Assembly (NCBI GenBank): GCA_963777605.1
Contig: CAVZRV010000010.1
Coordinates: 224,001 to 288,000, forward strand
Direction of reading: 5' to 3'
DNA: 64,000 nt
Source: an uncultured Acidobacteriota bacterium
Lineage (GTDB): Bacteria > Acidobacteriota > UBA6911 > RPQK01 > JAPXNP01
The notes under the pieces were generated by a model. That model saw only the letters and a list, made by a program, of their open reading frames with translations. It was not told where the DNA came from and did not search any database. The position numbers and the translations under genes are program-made. Position 1 is the stretch's first letter, and each line of letters starts with the position of its first letter. Below are positions 1-9,964 of the stretch, one piece after another.

Positions 1-580
1 CCGCGCCAACCGGGAAATTCTCGATCTCTACGAGAGAACCTACCGAACCGATCCCCAAAGGGACTGGCGCTGGCGAATCGAGCACGCCCAGCACCTCAAT
101 CCCGCTGACATCCCTCGATTCGGAAAACTGGGTGTAATCGCGGCCATGCAGGGAATCCATGCCGTCTCGGACGGGTCCTGGGTTCCCAGAAGGCTGGGTG
201 AAAAGAGAACCCGTGAAGGAGCCTACCCGTGGCGATCCCTGCTCGACTCCGGGGCAACCATCTGTAACGGCACGGACGCACCGGTCGAATCAGTTGACCC
301 GGTTGCCTGTTTTCGGGCCAGCGTGACCCGGCGACTCTCCGACGGTTCCAATTTCTATCCCGAGCAGGCCATGACCCGGGAAGAAGCGTTGCGAAGTTAC
401 ACCGCCGCTGGAGCCTACGCGTCGTTCGAAGAGGACATCAAGGGGACCCTGCGTCCCGGAAAATTGGCCGACATCGCCGTCTTCTCGGGCGATCTGATGA
501 CGGTTTCGCCCGATCAACTCGGCCAGGTCGTCGCCGACTACACCATCGTCGGCGGCAAGATTGCGTACCGTCGGGACTAG
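1..580 (+). CDS. Amidohydrolase family 3 (YtcJ-like) protein, 5'-truncated by window edge
   Basis: Frame from nt 2 reads ...WRIEHAQHL..DIPRFGKLGVIAAMQ, GTDAPVE, E.IKGTL.PGKLADIAV, TIVGGKIAY; typical Amidohydro_3 C-terminal half. Confidence 0.9.
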   Translation, partial: RANREILDLYERTYRTDPQRDWRWRIEHAQHLNPADIPRFGKLGVIAAMQGIHAVSDGSWVPRRLGEKRTREGAYPWRSLLDSGATICNGTDAPVESVDPVACFRASVTRRLSDGSNFYPEQAMTREEALRSYTAAGAYASFEEDIKGTLRPGKLADIAVFSGDLMTVSPDQLGQVVADYTIVGGKIAYRRD

Positions 581-637
581 TCGATTTGAAACAGTTCCGC
601 TAACTGAGGCAAGCGCCTCCCGGGAAAGGAACGAACC

Positions 638-1627
638 ATGAAAGTTCTTTGGTCACTCTTGTTTCTCGTTACCGCTTCCGCATGTTCCCAGCCGCCGGCG
701 ACCCGCCCCGCCCCGACGGCCGAGGTAACCCAGGTGGACCGCATCCCGGTCATCCTGGATACCGATATCGGTGATGACATCGACGACACCTGGGCCCTGG
801 CGCTTCTCCTCAACATGCCCGAAGTGGATCTGAAGATGGTTTTGACCGACTTTGGCGACACCCGGGCCCGGGCCGCCATCGCGGCGAAGTTTCTGGAGGC
901 TTCGGCCCGCTCCGAGATCCCGGTCGGAATCGGGACGTTCATGGGCCAGGCCGACCTGCCCCAGAGTGCCTGGGCAGGCGATTATGACCTCTCCCAATAC
1001 CCCGGGACCGTCTACGAGAACGGGGTACAGGCCCTGGTCGACATGGTCATGAAGAGTCCCCAAGAGGTTGTGATCGTTGCCATCGGGCCCACGCCGAACA
1101 TCCAGGAAGCCCTCGAGCGTCAGCCCGCGATCGCCGGCAAGGCCCGCATCGTTGCCATGAGCGGCAGCGTTGACGTCGGGTACGACGGCAAAGCTACTCC
1201 CGACGCCGAGTACAACGTGGCGAAGGATCCGTCGGCAACCCGTGCCATGTACGGCGCCGGATGGGACGTCCTCCTCGCACCCCTTGACACGGCCGGCACC
1301 CTCCGCCTTCAAGGTGATCTCTACCAGAAGGTTCTCAACAGCACCAAGCCCGAAATTCGGGCCTTGATTGAGAACTATCGAATCTGGGCCAAGAAAGTTG
1401 CCCCTGGCAGGCTCGACCCCGACGTGGAGTCATCCGTGCTTTTCGACGCCCAGGCGGCCTCAATGGTGATCGAACACAAGTGGTTCGAAATCGACGAGGT
1501 CCCACTTGAAGTCATGAATGACGGTTTCACCCGTCGTTCCGAGGAAGGCTCCCGGGTCCGAGCTGCCCTGAAGTGGAAGGACAAGTCCGGCTTCGAGGCC
1601 TGGCTTGCCGATCGGCTCACTCGCTAG
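638..1627 (+). CDS. Nucleoside hydrolase (IU-NH family), probable lipoprotein
   Basis: PVILDTDIGDDIDD Ca-binding motif, AIGPTPNI, AEYNV; N-terminal signal with lipobox ASAC; SD AAGGA. Confidence 0.85.
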   Translation: MKVLWSLLFLVTASACSQPPATRPAPTAEVTQVDRIPVILDTDIGDDIDDTWALALLLNMPEVDLKMVLTDFGDTRARAAIAAKFLEASARSEIPVGIGTFMGQADLPQSAWAGDYDLSQYPGTVYENGVQALVDMVMKSPQEVVIVAIGPTPNIQEALERQPAIAGKARIVAMSGSVDVGYDGKATPDAEYNVAKDPSATRAMYGAGWDVLLAPLDTAGTLRLQGDLYQKVLNSTKPEIRALIENYRIWAKKVAPGRLDPDVESSVLFDAQAASMVIEHKWFEIDEVPLEVMNDGFTRRSEEGSRVRAALKWKDKSGFEAWLADRLTR

Positions 1628-1651
1628 TGGCCCGTTACCGAGTCAGAGGGC

Positions 1652-2452
1652 TCAGGCCATGTCGCGGCGAAGGGTAAGTCCGCCGTCTACCGTGATGACC
1701 TGTCCGGTGATGTAATTGTCAGGTTCCACCAGCAGGCGGATTACCTTGGCCACGTCCTCGGCACGGCCAAATCGCGGGATGATTCCCTTCTCCACGAAGT
1801 AGTCGTACTTTCCGGATGCGATAGAACTGAGAGCCATCCCGGCACGGTTCACCCCGGGGGCGATCACGTTGACCCGGATCCCGGCCGGACCGCCCCACTG
1901 CTTCGCCAGGATGCGGGCGGCGTGGATGAGCGCCGCCTTCGGCCCTCCATAAGGAATGCTCGACGGGAAAATCTCGACCGCCTGCATGGTCGAGAAAAAA
2001 ACGATGGAGCCGCGCCGGCTGGATGACTGGAGTTCCCTGGCAAACCGACGGGCGAGCACCAGCGGGCCGAAGTAGTTCACCGCCATGGAGGCTTCGAGAT
2101 CACCGATTTCGGCTTCCTCGAATTTCACGCGGGCCGGGCTCCCGACCAGGCTGACCAGCCCGTAAAGCTCCGACCCGGTCCGTCGGGAAGCCTCGATATA
2201 TCGCTCCTGTACCTCGGCGTCGATAAGGTCGCCGCCGACGGTTTCGACCGGGACCCCGTAGCCACGCAGGTGCTCCTTGAGACGGCCTGCTCGTTCCGCG
2301 TCCTGGCGGTACCCGATAACCAGCGAGGCTCCCTCCCTGGCCAGGAGTACGGCCGCGGCGGCACCAAGTCCTCCCGAGCCACCCGCAAGGAGAATCGTCT
2401 TGCCCCGCAGGGCCCCGTCGTTGAAATCGAACTGAAACTCCGGTGCACTCAT
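1652..2452 (-). CDS. SDR family oxidoreductase
   Basis: GGSGGLG, YGGPK (YxxxK), IRVNVIAPG, YITGQVITVDGG. Confidence 0.9.
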   Translation of the reverse strand: MSAPEFQFDFNDGALRGKTILLAGGSGGLGAAAAVLLAREGASLVIGYRQDAERAGRLKEHLRGYGVPVETVGGDLIDAEVQERYIEASRRTGSELYGLVSLVGSPARVKFEEAEIGDLEASMAVNYFGPLVLARRFARELQSSSRRGSIVFFSTMQAVEIFPSSIPYGGPKAALIHAARILAKQWGGPAGIRVNVIAPGVNRAGMALSSIASGKYDYFVEKGIIPRFGRAEDVAKVIRLLVEPDNYITGQVITVDGGLTLRRDMA

Positions 2453-3387
2453 CGGGCCGTCAGCTCGTCTGCCTCCTGGAGATACCGTTCACATTCGATC
2501 GCCGCCCGGCAACCGGCACCGGCCGCGGTCACGGCCTGGCGGAACACGAAATCGTGTACGTCTCCTGCAGCAAAAACTCCCTCGATCTTCGTCCTCGATC
2601 CCTTTTCAAGGACCAGGTAACCATTCTCGTCTCGATCCAGGATTCCCTCAAAGATGTCGGTGTTGGGCCGGTGGCCGATTGCGACAAAGACTCCGTCGGT
2701 CTCCAGAACCGACTCCTCCCCCGACTTGACGTTCTTGAGCCGAACCGCCTCCACCTTCTTCTCTTCGGGGTCGAGAATGTCGGTGATGACGGTGTCCCAG
2801 AGGAACCGGATCTTGGGGTTGGCTACCGCCCGCTCGGCCATGATGTGAGAAGCACGCAGCTGGTCCCGACGGTGAATGATCGTGACACTGGTGGCGTGCT
2901 TGGTCAGATGGAGAGCGTCTTCCATGGCCGTGTCCCCACCACCCACAACTACGACTCGCTGCCCGCGGAAGAAGTACCCGTCGCAGGTGGCACAGGTGGA
3001 CACGCCGTATCCGAGCAGCTTTTGCTCCGACTCCAGCCCGATCAACTTCGCGGAAGCTCCGGTCGCAACGATCAGGCTTTCGGTCTGGTAGCTTTCGCTG
3101 TCCGTTTCGATAGCGAACGGCCTTCGGCTGAGATCGACGCGGGTCGCTCTTTCCATCACGTACTCGGCACCGAACCGCTGGGCCTGCTTCTTCATCTTTT
3201 CCACCAACTCGGGCCCCATGATGCCTTCCGCATATCCCGGGAAGTTCTCCACCAGCGTAGTCAGGGACAGCTGTCCCCCCGGTTCGAACCCTTCCAGCAC
3301 GAGAGGTTTCAGATCGGCCCTGGCCGTGTAGATGGCCGCCGTCGAACCGGCGCAGCCAGAACCCAGAATAATCGTCTTTCTTATCAT
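2449..3387 (-). CDS. trxB: Thioredoxin-disulfide reductase
   Basis: IILGSGCAG, GVSTCATCDG, VVGGGDTAME, GVFAAGDV; ATG 3387 preceded by GAGGAAAGG. Confidence 0.97.
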   Translation of the reverse strand: MIRKTIILGSGCAGSTAAIYTARADLKPLVLEGFEPGGQLSLTTLVENFPGYAEGIMGPELVEKMKKQAQRFGAEYVMERATRVDLSRRPFAIETDSESYQTESLIVATGASAKLIGLESEQKLLGYGVSTCATCDGYFFRGQRVVVVGGGDTAMEDALHLTKHATSVTIIHRRDQLRASHIMAERAVANPKIRFLWDTVITDILDPEEKKVEAVRLKNVKSGEESVLETDGVFVAIGHRPNTDIFEGILDRDENGYLVLEKGSRTKIEGVFAAGDVHDFVFRQAVTAAGAGCRAAIECERYLQEADELTAR

Positions 3388-3478
3388 TTGCGGTAACCTT
3401 TCCTCAGTTTCCAGGAAGTGAGTAGAATACCAGTCAAGCCCCGGCGGGTCCATTCGCCGGGCTCTCCAAACCGGCCCG

Positions 3479-4618
3479 GTGCCGGGGGACGAAAGGAGGA
3501 CCAAAATCGACACCGTAACAGCGCAATCCCTCTCCGATCACGTCCGTAACATGGTCTCCATCGTGGGAGAGAATCCCTACCTGCAGGCCCTGATCGTCGC
3601 GGCGGCATTTGTTGTCCTGGCCAAACTCGTTGACTGGATCATCAACCGAGGGATCTCAAGACTCGCCCGCCGAACTCAATCGAAAATAGACGACCGAATC
3701 ATCGAGCTCCTCCACTGGCCCGTATTCGCCACGGTAGTCCTTTTGGGATTGCTGCTCGCATTTCTGATTCTGGGTCCCGGTCCACATACCTCCGCAGTCG
3801 TCGGCAACCTGATCAAGACCATCGTGACCCTAATCTGGATCGCGTTCGGTCTCCGGGCGGCCAACACAATCCTCGCAGTCGTCGGCCGGGACCCGGGCCG
3901 GCGAAATATTCTACAACCTGCGACCCGTCCCCTGTTCGAAACCGCCAGCAAGCTGGTTATCATTGCGCTCGGCGTCTATTTCATCCTCCAGTCCTGGGGA
4001 GTCGACCCGGTCGGCTGGATTGCCACGGCTGGAATTGCCGCGGTCGCGGTGGGCCTGGCCGCCCAGGAGACCCTGGGAAACCTTTTCGCCGGGATTTCGA
4101 TCCTGGCAGACGCTCCCTACAAGATCGGGGACTACATCGTCCTCGACGGCCAGGAGAGAGGAAAAGTGACCAAGATCGGGTTGCGCAGCACGCGCATCCT
4201 GACGCGTGATGACGTCGAAGTGACGGTCCCGAACGCGGCCATCGCCCGAAGCAAGATCGTCAACGAGTCTTCCGGACGATGGCTCAAGCAGCGTCTCCGG
4301 ATCCCGGTTGGGGTTGCCTACGGTTCCGACGTTGACCTGGTCAAGAGGACTCTCATCGAGTCCGCCAAGTCCGGAGAGTACATCGCCGACGATCCGGAAC
4401 CCTGGGTAAAATTTGACGGCTTCGGGGACTCCGCGTTGAATTTCGAAATCCGTTGCTGGATCACGGACCCCGCCAGCCGCGGCCGTGCCATCGACAGCGT
4501 CAACACCGTGGTTTGCCGCAAGCTGGCCGAACGCGGAATCGAGATTCCCTACCCCAAGCGGGATGTCTACATAAAGGAACTGCCTGCACTGTTCCAGGCA
4601 AAATCAGATGAGCAGTGA
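3479..4618 (+). CDS. Small-conductance mechanosensitive channel (MscS family)
   Basis: GLAAQETLGNLFAG, PYKIGDYI, IGLRSTRI, VPNA, VGVAYGSD, FGDSAL, GIEIPYP; start uncertain. Confidence 0.92.
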   Translation: MPGDERRTKIDTVTAQSLSDHVRNMVSIVGENPYLQALIVAAAFVVLAKLVDWIINRGISRLARRTQSKIDDRIIELLHWPVFATVVLLGLLLAFLILGPGPHTSAVVGNLIKTIVTLIWIAFGLRAANTILAVVGRDPGRRNILQPATRPLFETASKLVIIALGVYFILQSWGVDPVGWIATAGIAAVAVGLAAQETLGNLFAGISILADAPYKIGDYIVLDGQERGKVTKIGLRSTRILTRDDVEVTVPNAAIARSKIVNESSGRWLKQRLRIPVGVAYGSDVDLVKRTLIESAKSGEYIADDPEPWVKFDGFGDSALNFEIRCWITDPASRGRAIDSVNTVVCRKLAERGIEIPYPKRDVYIKELPALFQAKSDEQ

Positions 4619-4663
4619 GAGGCCTGACCGGTCAGACTGGGCAGACTCTATCTCGACCTGCGC

Positions 4664-7516
4664 TTACTGCAACCCGAGGACCTCGGCATCACGGTCGGAC
4701 AACCAACCGCCGTCCGAACGAAGCTTGACACTCTCATCACGCCGCCAGGACCGTTCACACCGGGGCTGATCCTTGAGATTCAGCACCTCGATGCTCGTCT
4801 CCGCCCCTTCCTCCAGGGTGAGACGGCTCACGCCGCAGAGATCAGAGAGTTCGGCCCGGAACGGCCGTAACTGCTCGAGCATCCGCCCGGCGACCACCGC
4901 TCGAACACCGGAATCGAGAGGATTCTTCAGCTCCGGGTCGTTGGCCCTGGCAGTCTCCAGCGACTTGAGCACCTGGCCGCGAAATTCCATGACCGTCTTC
5001 CACCGATCTTCCGCGGGGTGATCGAATTCCACCGGGAACTCCTCGAGGTGGACGGAAGTCTCCGAGTCCATGTCCTGCCCGCGAAGTGCGAGCCAAGCCT
5101 CTTCCGCCGTGTGAACCAGGATCGGCGCGATCGTCCGGATCAGGGCATCCGCCAACCGGTAAATCACCGCCTGGCTTCTCTTGCGTCGGCGGCTGTCGGG
5201 CCGGTCGCAGTACAGGCGATCCTTGATTGCCGCCAGGTAGACCGCACTCAGTTCGTCGTTGCAGAAATTGAAGATTGCCTCGGAAACCCGCTTGAACTGA
5301 AAACGTTCGTAGTTCGACCGGGTTTCCGCAATAAACGAGGAGAGTCTCCCCATCACCCAGGAGTCGATGCTCAACAGGTCCTCTTCATCCCACTCCGGCT
5401 CGGGGGCGCCAGGATCGAAGTCGTTCAGGTTTCCGAGGAGGAAACGGAGCGTGTTTCGGACTTTCCGGTATTCCTCCCCGGCGACCTTGAAGAACTCCCA
5501 GTCCACCTTGATGTCGGTCGTGTAATTGAGAGAACTGACCCACCAGCGGCAGATGTCCGCGCCATGGGTCTTGAGGACGTCCCCAACTTCGAGAGCGTTG
5601 CCTCCTGACTTGCTCATCTTCCGCCCTTCGGCGTCAACCATGAACCCATGAGTCAGCACGGTCTTGAATGGAGAGACGCCGGTCGCACCCAGAGCCGGAA
5701 GCAGGGAAAGTTGAAACCAGCCCCGATGCTGGTCCGATCCTTCCAGGTAGAGATCGGCCGGGTACCCGATCTTGCGTTCTCGCAGCACCCCGTTCCAGGA
5801 AGAGCCCGACTCGAACCAGACATCAAAGATGTCCTGGCTCTTGTGCAATTCGGCGAAGATCGCAGCGCCCTTCGAGCGGGCCCACTCGGGAGCCTCTGGG
5901 TCGTCGGCAGGATCGTACCCTTCCAACAGGTCTGCCGGCTCGGCGCGGAACCAGTAGTCGGCCCCGGAGCCGCGAACCACCTGGGCCACGGCCTTTACCG
6001 ACCGATTCGTGAGGAGCGCTTCTCCTTGGTCGTTTAGGAACGCGGGAATTGGGAGTCCCCATGCCCGCTGGCGACTGATGCACCAGTCGGGACGGGCCTC
6101 GAGCATGCCTTCCAGGCGGCTCTGGCCCCACTCGGGAACGAACCGGATCCGGTCCCGGGCCGCCGCGAGCGCCCGTTGCCGCAGGGAGTGATCCTCCGTG
6201 CCGAAGGGCTTGTCAACTGCGATGAACCACTGTTCGGTCGCCCTGAAGATGGTCGGGGTCTTGCTCCGCCAGTCGTGAGGATAGCTGTGCTCGTACTGGT
6301 GGTCGAAGTAGAGATCCCCCGAATCACGCAGCCACTCGACGATCAGCTTGTTGGCCGACCAGACGTCTACACCCTGCAGCCATTCCGGCACAGACTCATC
6401 GAATGTGCCGTCTCCCAGCACCGGACAGTAGACCGGCAGGTCGTTCTGGAGGCCGGTGTAGTAGTCTTCGGCACCGTGCCCCGGGGCGGTGTGGACTAGG
6501 CCCGTGCCGTCCTCGAGCGTGACGTAGTCTGCGGTTACCACGATCCCGTCACGATCGACAAAGGGATGGCGATAGGTAATGCCGGCATCCGCCAACTCCT
6601 TTCCCGTAGCCGTCCCCAGGAGATCATAACTGGTTCCCGCTTCGCGACCCAGAACCCGTGCCGCCAGGGCTTCCGCGACAACAATGAAGCGTTCCGAGCC
6701 GCCCTGGGAAACACGAAAGAGCCCGTATTCGGCGGCCGGGCCGACTGCCACCGCGAGGTTCGCAGGGAGCGTCCAGGGTGTTGTGGTCCAGATCATCAGG
6801 CTTGCCGATTTCCCCGCAGGAAGTCCCAGCGCGGAAGGCAGTCTTTCCGGTTCGTTGACCGCAAACAGCACGTAAACACTGGTATCGGTTCGATCGTAGT
6901 ACTCCAGCTCAGCCTCCGCGAGCGCAGTCTGGTTGGCGATCGACCAGTGGACCGGCTTCACGTCACGATATACGATGCCCTGGGCGACCAGCTCGGCAAA
7001 GACTTCAAGAACGGCCCCTTCGTATGCGGGGTCCATGGTGACATAAGGGTGCTTGTAGTCCGCGACGGTCCCCAGACGCTGCATCTGTTCGGCCTGCAGC
7101 TTGACATATCGGGAGGCGTAGTCATGGCAGAGCTTGCGGATCTCGACGGTTTCCAGATCCCGGCCTTTCGGTCCGAGTTCCTTGAGGACCCGGTGCTCGA
7201 TCGGGAGCCCGTGGCAATCCCAGCCCGGCACATAGTGCACTGCATTGCCGTCCATCTGGCGCGAGCGGACCACCAGGTCTTTCAAGATCTTGTTGAGCAG
7301 GTGTCCCATATGGATCGCGCCGTTGGCGTACGGCGGGCCATCATGGAAAACGTACTTCTTCTGAACGGGCCTTTCCTGCAGACGATCGTAGAGCCGCATA
7401 CGGTCCCAACGTTCCTGGTGTTTCGGCTCGGCCTGGAGCAGATTAGCCCTCATCGAAAACGAGGTGCGCGGTAACTGTAGCGTAGAACTGTAGTCTCTCT
7501 TGGTATCGTTACTCAT
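4664..7516 (-). CDS. ileS: Isoleucine--tRNA ligase (type 1)
   Basis: HDGPPYANGAIHMGH, PGWDCHGLPIE, WTTTPWTLP, EGSDQHRGWF, KMSKS. Confidence 0.98.
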   Translation of the reverse strand: MSNDTKRDYSSTLQLPRTSFSMRANLLQAEPKHQERWDRMRLYDRLQERPVQKKYVFHDGPPYANGAIHMGHLLNKILKDLVVRSRQMDGNAVHYVPGWDCHGLPIEHRVLKELGPKGRDLETVEIRKLCHDYASRYVKLQAEQMQRLGTVADYKHPYVTMDPAYEGAVLEVFAELVAQGIVYRDVKPVHWSIANQTALAEAELEYYDRTDTSVYVLFAVNEPERLPSALGLPAGKSASLMIWTTTPWTLPANLAVAVGPAAEYGLFRVSQGGSERFIVVAEALAARVLGREAGTSYDLLGTATGKELADAGITYRHPFVDRDGIVVTADYVTLEDGTGLVHTAPGHGAEDYYTGLQNDLPVYCPVLGDGTFDESVPEWLQGVDVWSANKLIVEWLRDSGDLYFDHQYEHSYPHDWRSKTPTIFRATEQWFIAVDKPFGTEDHSLRQRALAAARDRIRFVPEWGQSRLEGMLEARPDWCISRQRAWGLPIPAFLNDQGEALLTNRSVKAVAQVVRGSGADYWFRAEPADLLEGYDPADDPEAPEWARSKGAAIFAELHKSQDIFDVWFESGSSWNGVLRERKIGYPADLYLEGSDQHRGWFQLSLLPALGATGVSPFKTVLTHGFMVDAEGRKMSKSGGNALEVGDVLKTHGADICRWWVSSLNYTTDIKVDWEFFKVAGEEYRKVRNTLRFLLGNLNDFDPGAPEPEWDEEDLLSIDSWVMGRLSSFIAETRSNYERFQFKRVSEAIFNFCNDELSAVYLAAIKDRLYCDRPDSRRRKRSQAVIYRLADALIRTIAPILVHTAEEAWLALRGQDMDSETSVHLEEFPVEFDHPAEDRWKTVMEFRGQVLKSLETARANDPELKNPLDSGVRAVVAGRMLEQLRPFRAELSDLCGVSRLTLEEGAETSIEVLNLKDQPRCERSWRRDESVKLRSDGGWLSDRDAEVLGLQ

Positions 7517-7560
7517 GAAAAACCTCTTTGTGCGATCGAAACCAAGAGTTTAGCGCAAAA

Positions 7561-8466
7561 CTAGGCGCCGCGGCTCCGGAGCAGGACCAGGTGGCCGTCG
7601 AACTCGAACTTGAGCCCTTCCCCGCTCACCTCGAAATTCCCGACTTCCTGGCGCTCGATGCTCGTTGGCAGATTCAGCTCGGCGGCCTCACCCGCAGACG
7701 GGGGCAAATTCTCAACCTGGGATACCTTCGAGCCGTGCACGTTGAGGATCACCGGAGCCGGGAGGAGTCTCGAGATCAACAGGAATTCGAGTGTCGCATC
7801 AGACTCCAGGATCTTCCCGTCAGGATCTTCGGTGCCGTCAACCACGAGGACGAACTGGTTGTTGGGGCGAAATGTCGCGGAATCCGGGTTGACGACCTCC
7901 AGCTCAGGAACCGGGCCAGTCGATATCCCCGCAACAGCGACCGCGTAGACGAGAATTCCGACCGTTGCCGCTCCAGAGACTCCCAGTTTCCACCGTCTTG
8001 CCGGGCAGTGTCGGGCCGAGCGGTCTACGAATGCCATCAGCAACGGTGGCACGAGAAGAAAGAGATCCTGCCAGAATGCCTGGGTGGCGGTTCGCTGAAG
8101 GAATACTCCGAAACAGCCGCAGTCGTAAGAATCGTCCTGCTGACCGGTCACCACCATCCAGTAGGTGCGACCCGTCAGGAAAAGGAAGAAGAGCACGAGG
8201 CCGCTGCTCGGCACCAAAACCCAGAGGTTCCGGACGCCGAGCAACAGGGCAAAACCGAGCGCTGTTTCCAGGGCCAGCGCGATCAGGGCGACTGTGCTGG
8301 CAGACATCGCGATGTCCAGACCCTCTTTGCGAATCTGTTCGACGAAAAGAATTGGATCGATGACTTTGCCGATCGAAGCAATGATCAGCACAGCGCCCAG
8401 TATGAATGCACCTGCGAGGCTGATGATCTGGCGGTTGCGGCTTTCAGGAGGTCCACTCTGGTTCAT
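7561..8466 (-). CDS. MauE/DoxX-family membrane protein with C-terminal soluble domain
   Basis: ASIGK, E.ALG.ALLLG, DCGCFG motif, about 5 TM segments. Confidence 0.75.
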   Translation of the reverse strand: MNQSGPPESRNRQIISLAGAFILGAVLIIASIGKVIDPILFVEQIRKEGLDIAMSASTVALIALALETALGFALLLGVRNLWVLVPSSGLVLFFLFLTGRTYWMVVTGQQDDSYDCGCFGVFLQRTATQAFWQDLFLLVPPLLMAFVDRSARHCPARRWKLGVSGAATVGILVYAVAVAGISTGPVPELEVVNPDSATFRPNNQFVLVVDGTEDPDGKILESDATLEFLLISRLLPAPVILNVHGSKVSQVENLPPSAGEAAELNLPTSIERQEVGNFEVSGEGLKFEFDGHLVLLRSRGA

Positions 8467-8672
8467 GATCTGAAGATGCTATCGCCTTGGCCGCCACGCT
8501 GCCAAGAGCAATTGGACGGTGAGTGTCCGATTGCGACACCTGCGCCTACCGAAACAGGGACCCGGACTTAAATGATTATCGTAGAGCGGTCCCAAAAGAG
8601 GCCGGAAGCCGTGGTTTCGACGAACGCTTGGAGAGGCTTCCTCTTCCGGGTAAAATTGCAGAGGATAAACTC

Positions 8673-9011
8673 ATGACGATTTTCAAAAAGATCCTCGATG
8701 GCGAGATTCCTGCCACCATCATCTACCAGGATGATCTCTGTATCGCGTTTCGCGACATCGATCCGCAAGCCCCCTCTCACGTTCTGGTGATTCCGCGCAA
8801 GGAGATCCCCTCTCTGGCCGACGCCAGTCCTGACGATCACCGCCTGCTGGGTCACCTGCTGATCAAGGCCGCAGAGGTTGCAGCATCTGAGGGCCTCGCG
8901 GAAAATGGCTATCGCGTCGTGATCAACGTCGGCAAGAACGGAGGCCAGGCCGTGGACCACTTACACCTTCACGTGCTTGGAGGCCGCCGGATGAAGTGGC
9001 CTCCCGGATAG
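8673..9011 (+). CDS. Histidine triad nucleotide-binding protein (HinT-like)
   Basis: [40 protein letters not shown]; SD GAGGA. Confidence 0.95.
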   Translation: MTIFKKILDGEIPATIIYQDDLCIAFRDIDPQAPSHVLVIPRKEIPSLADASPDDHRLLGHLLIKAAEVAASEGLAENGYRVVINVGKNGGQAVDHLHLHVLGGRRMKWPPG

Positions 9012-9031
9012 ATTTGAGAAGGGAACCGAAA

Positions 9032-9295
9032 TTGGACAACGTTTCTGAAAAGAAGCCGAAGGTTATTAGTTCCGAGTTGCTGGAAATTCTGCGCTGCCCG
9101 GTGGCGGTTCGCTCCGAGGAGTACGGAGAGGATCCCGGGAGGCTCCGCCTGGTTCACGACTGCTGGCTCGTCTGCGACGACAACGGCTACAAGTACCCGA
9201 TCCGCGACGGCATCCCGGTAATGCTTGTCGAAGAGGGTGAGAAATGGCGAGAAGTCCCCGAAGACCAGCTTCCGGTCCCTCCACCTTCCGAGTGA
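9032..9295 (+). CDS. Trm112/YcaR-family protein
   Basis: ELLEILRCP ... YPIRDGIPVMLVEE; probable TTG start after the HIT stop. Confidence 0.85.
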   Translation: MDNVSEKKPKVISSELLEILRCPVAVRSEEYGEDPGRLRLVHDCWLVCDDNGYKYPIRDGIPVMLVEEGEKWREVPEDQLPVPPPSE

Positions 9296-9301
9296 CAATG
9301 A

Positions 9302-9823
9302 ATGGGCCAGCATAATCCCCACGAGGAGCACCGCCAGGCCGCTGCTTCGGAGTTCGACTCTGTTCGTCTCGCGGTGGTCACGGTAAGTGACACCCGTTCG
9401 CCTGAAAACGATCGCAGTGGAATGCTGCTGAAGGATTCCGCTGCGAGGGCCGGGCACCGGGTAGTGGATTACCGGGTTGTGCCGGACGAACCGAAGGCCA
9501 TCGAGAGTGTCCTGCGGGTCCTGCTCGACGGACCGGCCCATGCCGTCATCTTCAACGGCGGCACTGGAATCTCCCGTCGCGATCGGACCTTCGACGTTGT
9601 TTCCCGGCAGCTTGACCCGGTCATTTCGGGCTTCGGAGAACTCTTTCGTATGTTGAGCTACCAGGAAGTCGGTCCAGCCGCAATGCTCTCCCGGGCGATT
9701 GCCGGCATATGCCACGGGAAGATTGTCTTCTCCCTGCCCGGTTCACCCAACGCCGTCCGCCTCGCCTGGGAGAAGTTGATAGAGCCTGAACTGCGGCACC
9801 TGGTCCGCGAACTCCACCGCTGA
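9302..9823 (+). CDS. moaB: Molybdenum cofactor biosynthesis protein MoaB/MogA
   Basis: [49 protein letters not shown]. Confidence 0.9.
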   Translation: MGQHNPHEEHRQAAASEFDSVRLAVVTVSDTRSPENDRSGMLLKDSAARAGHRVVDYRVVPDEPKAIESVLRVLLDGPAHAVIFNGGTGISRRDRTFDVVSRQLDPVISGFGELFRMLSYQEVGPAAMLSRAIAGICHGKIVFSLPGSPNAVRLAWEKLIEPELRHLVRELHR

Positions 9824-9867
9824 ATCGATCCTTCAGGAGTTTGCGGCGAACCGGGAGCAGAGCTCCG

Positions 9868-9896
9868 TTGACGGACTCCCTGGACCCGCGTAGAAT
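9868..9896 (+). promoter_or_regulatory. Sigma70-type promoter for the epimerase-transporter pair
   Basis: TTGACG-N17-TAGAAT. Confidence 0.7.
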
Positions 9897-9964
9897 CCGC
9901 CCATCGCGGGCTGTGGCGATCGGGATCTCACAGGCAGCTCGTACGTTGAACCGGGAGGGTCTGG

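Noticed and set aside
9824-9964. Moco riboswitch near moaB
   Set aside because: The region is downstream of moaB and explained by a sigma70 promoter; no recognisable aptamer motifs
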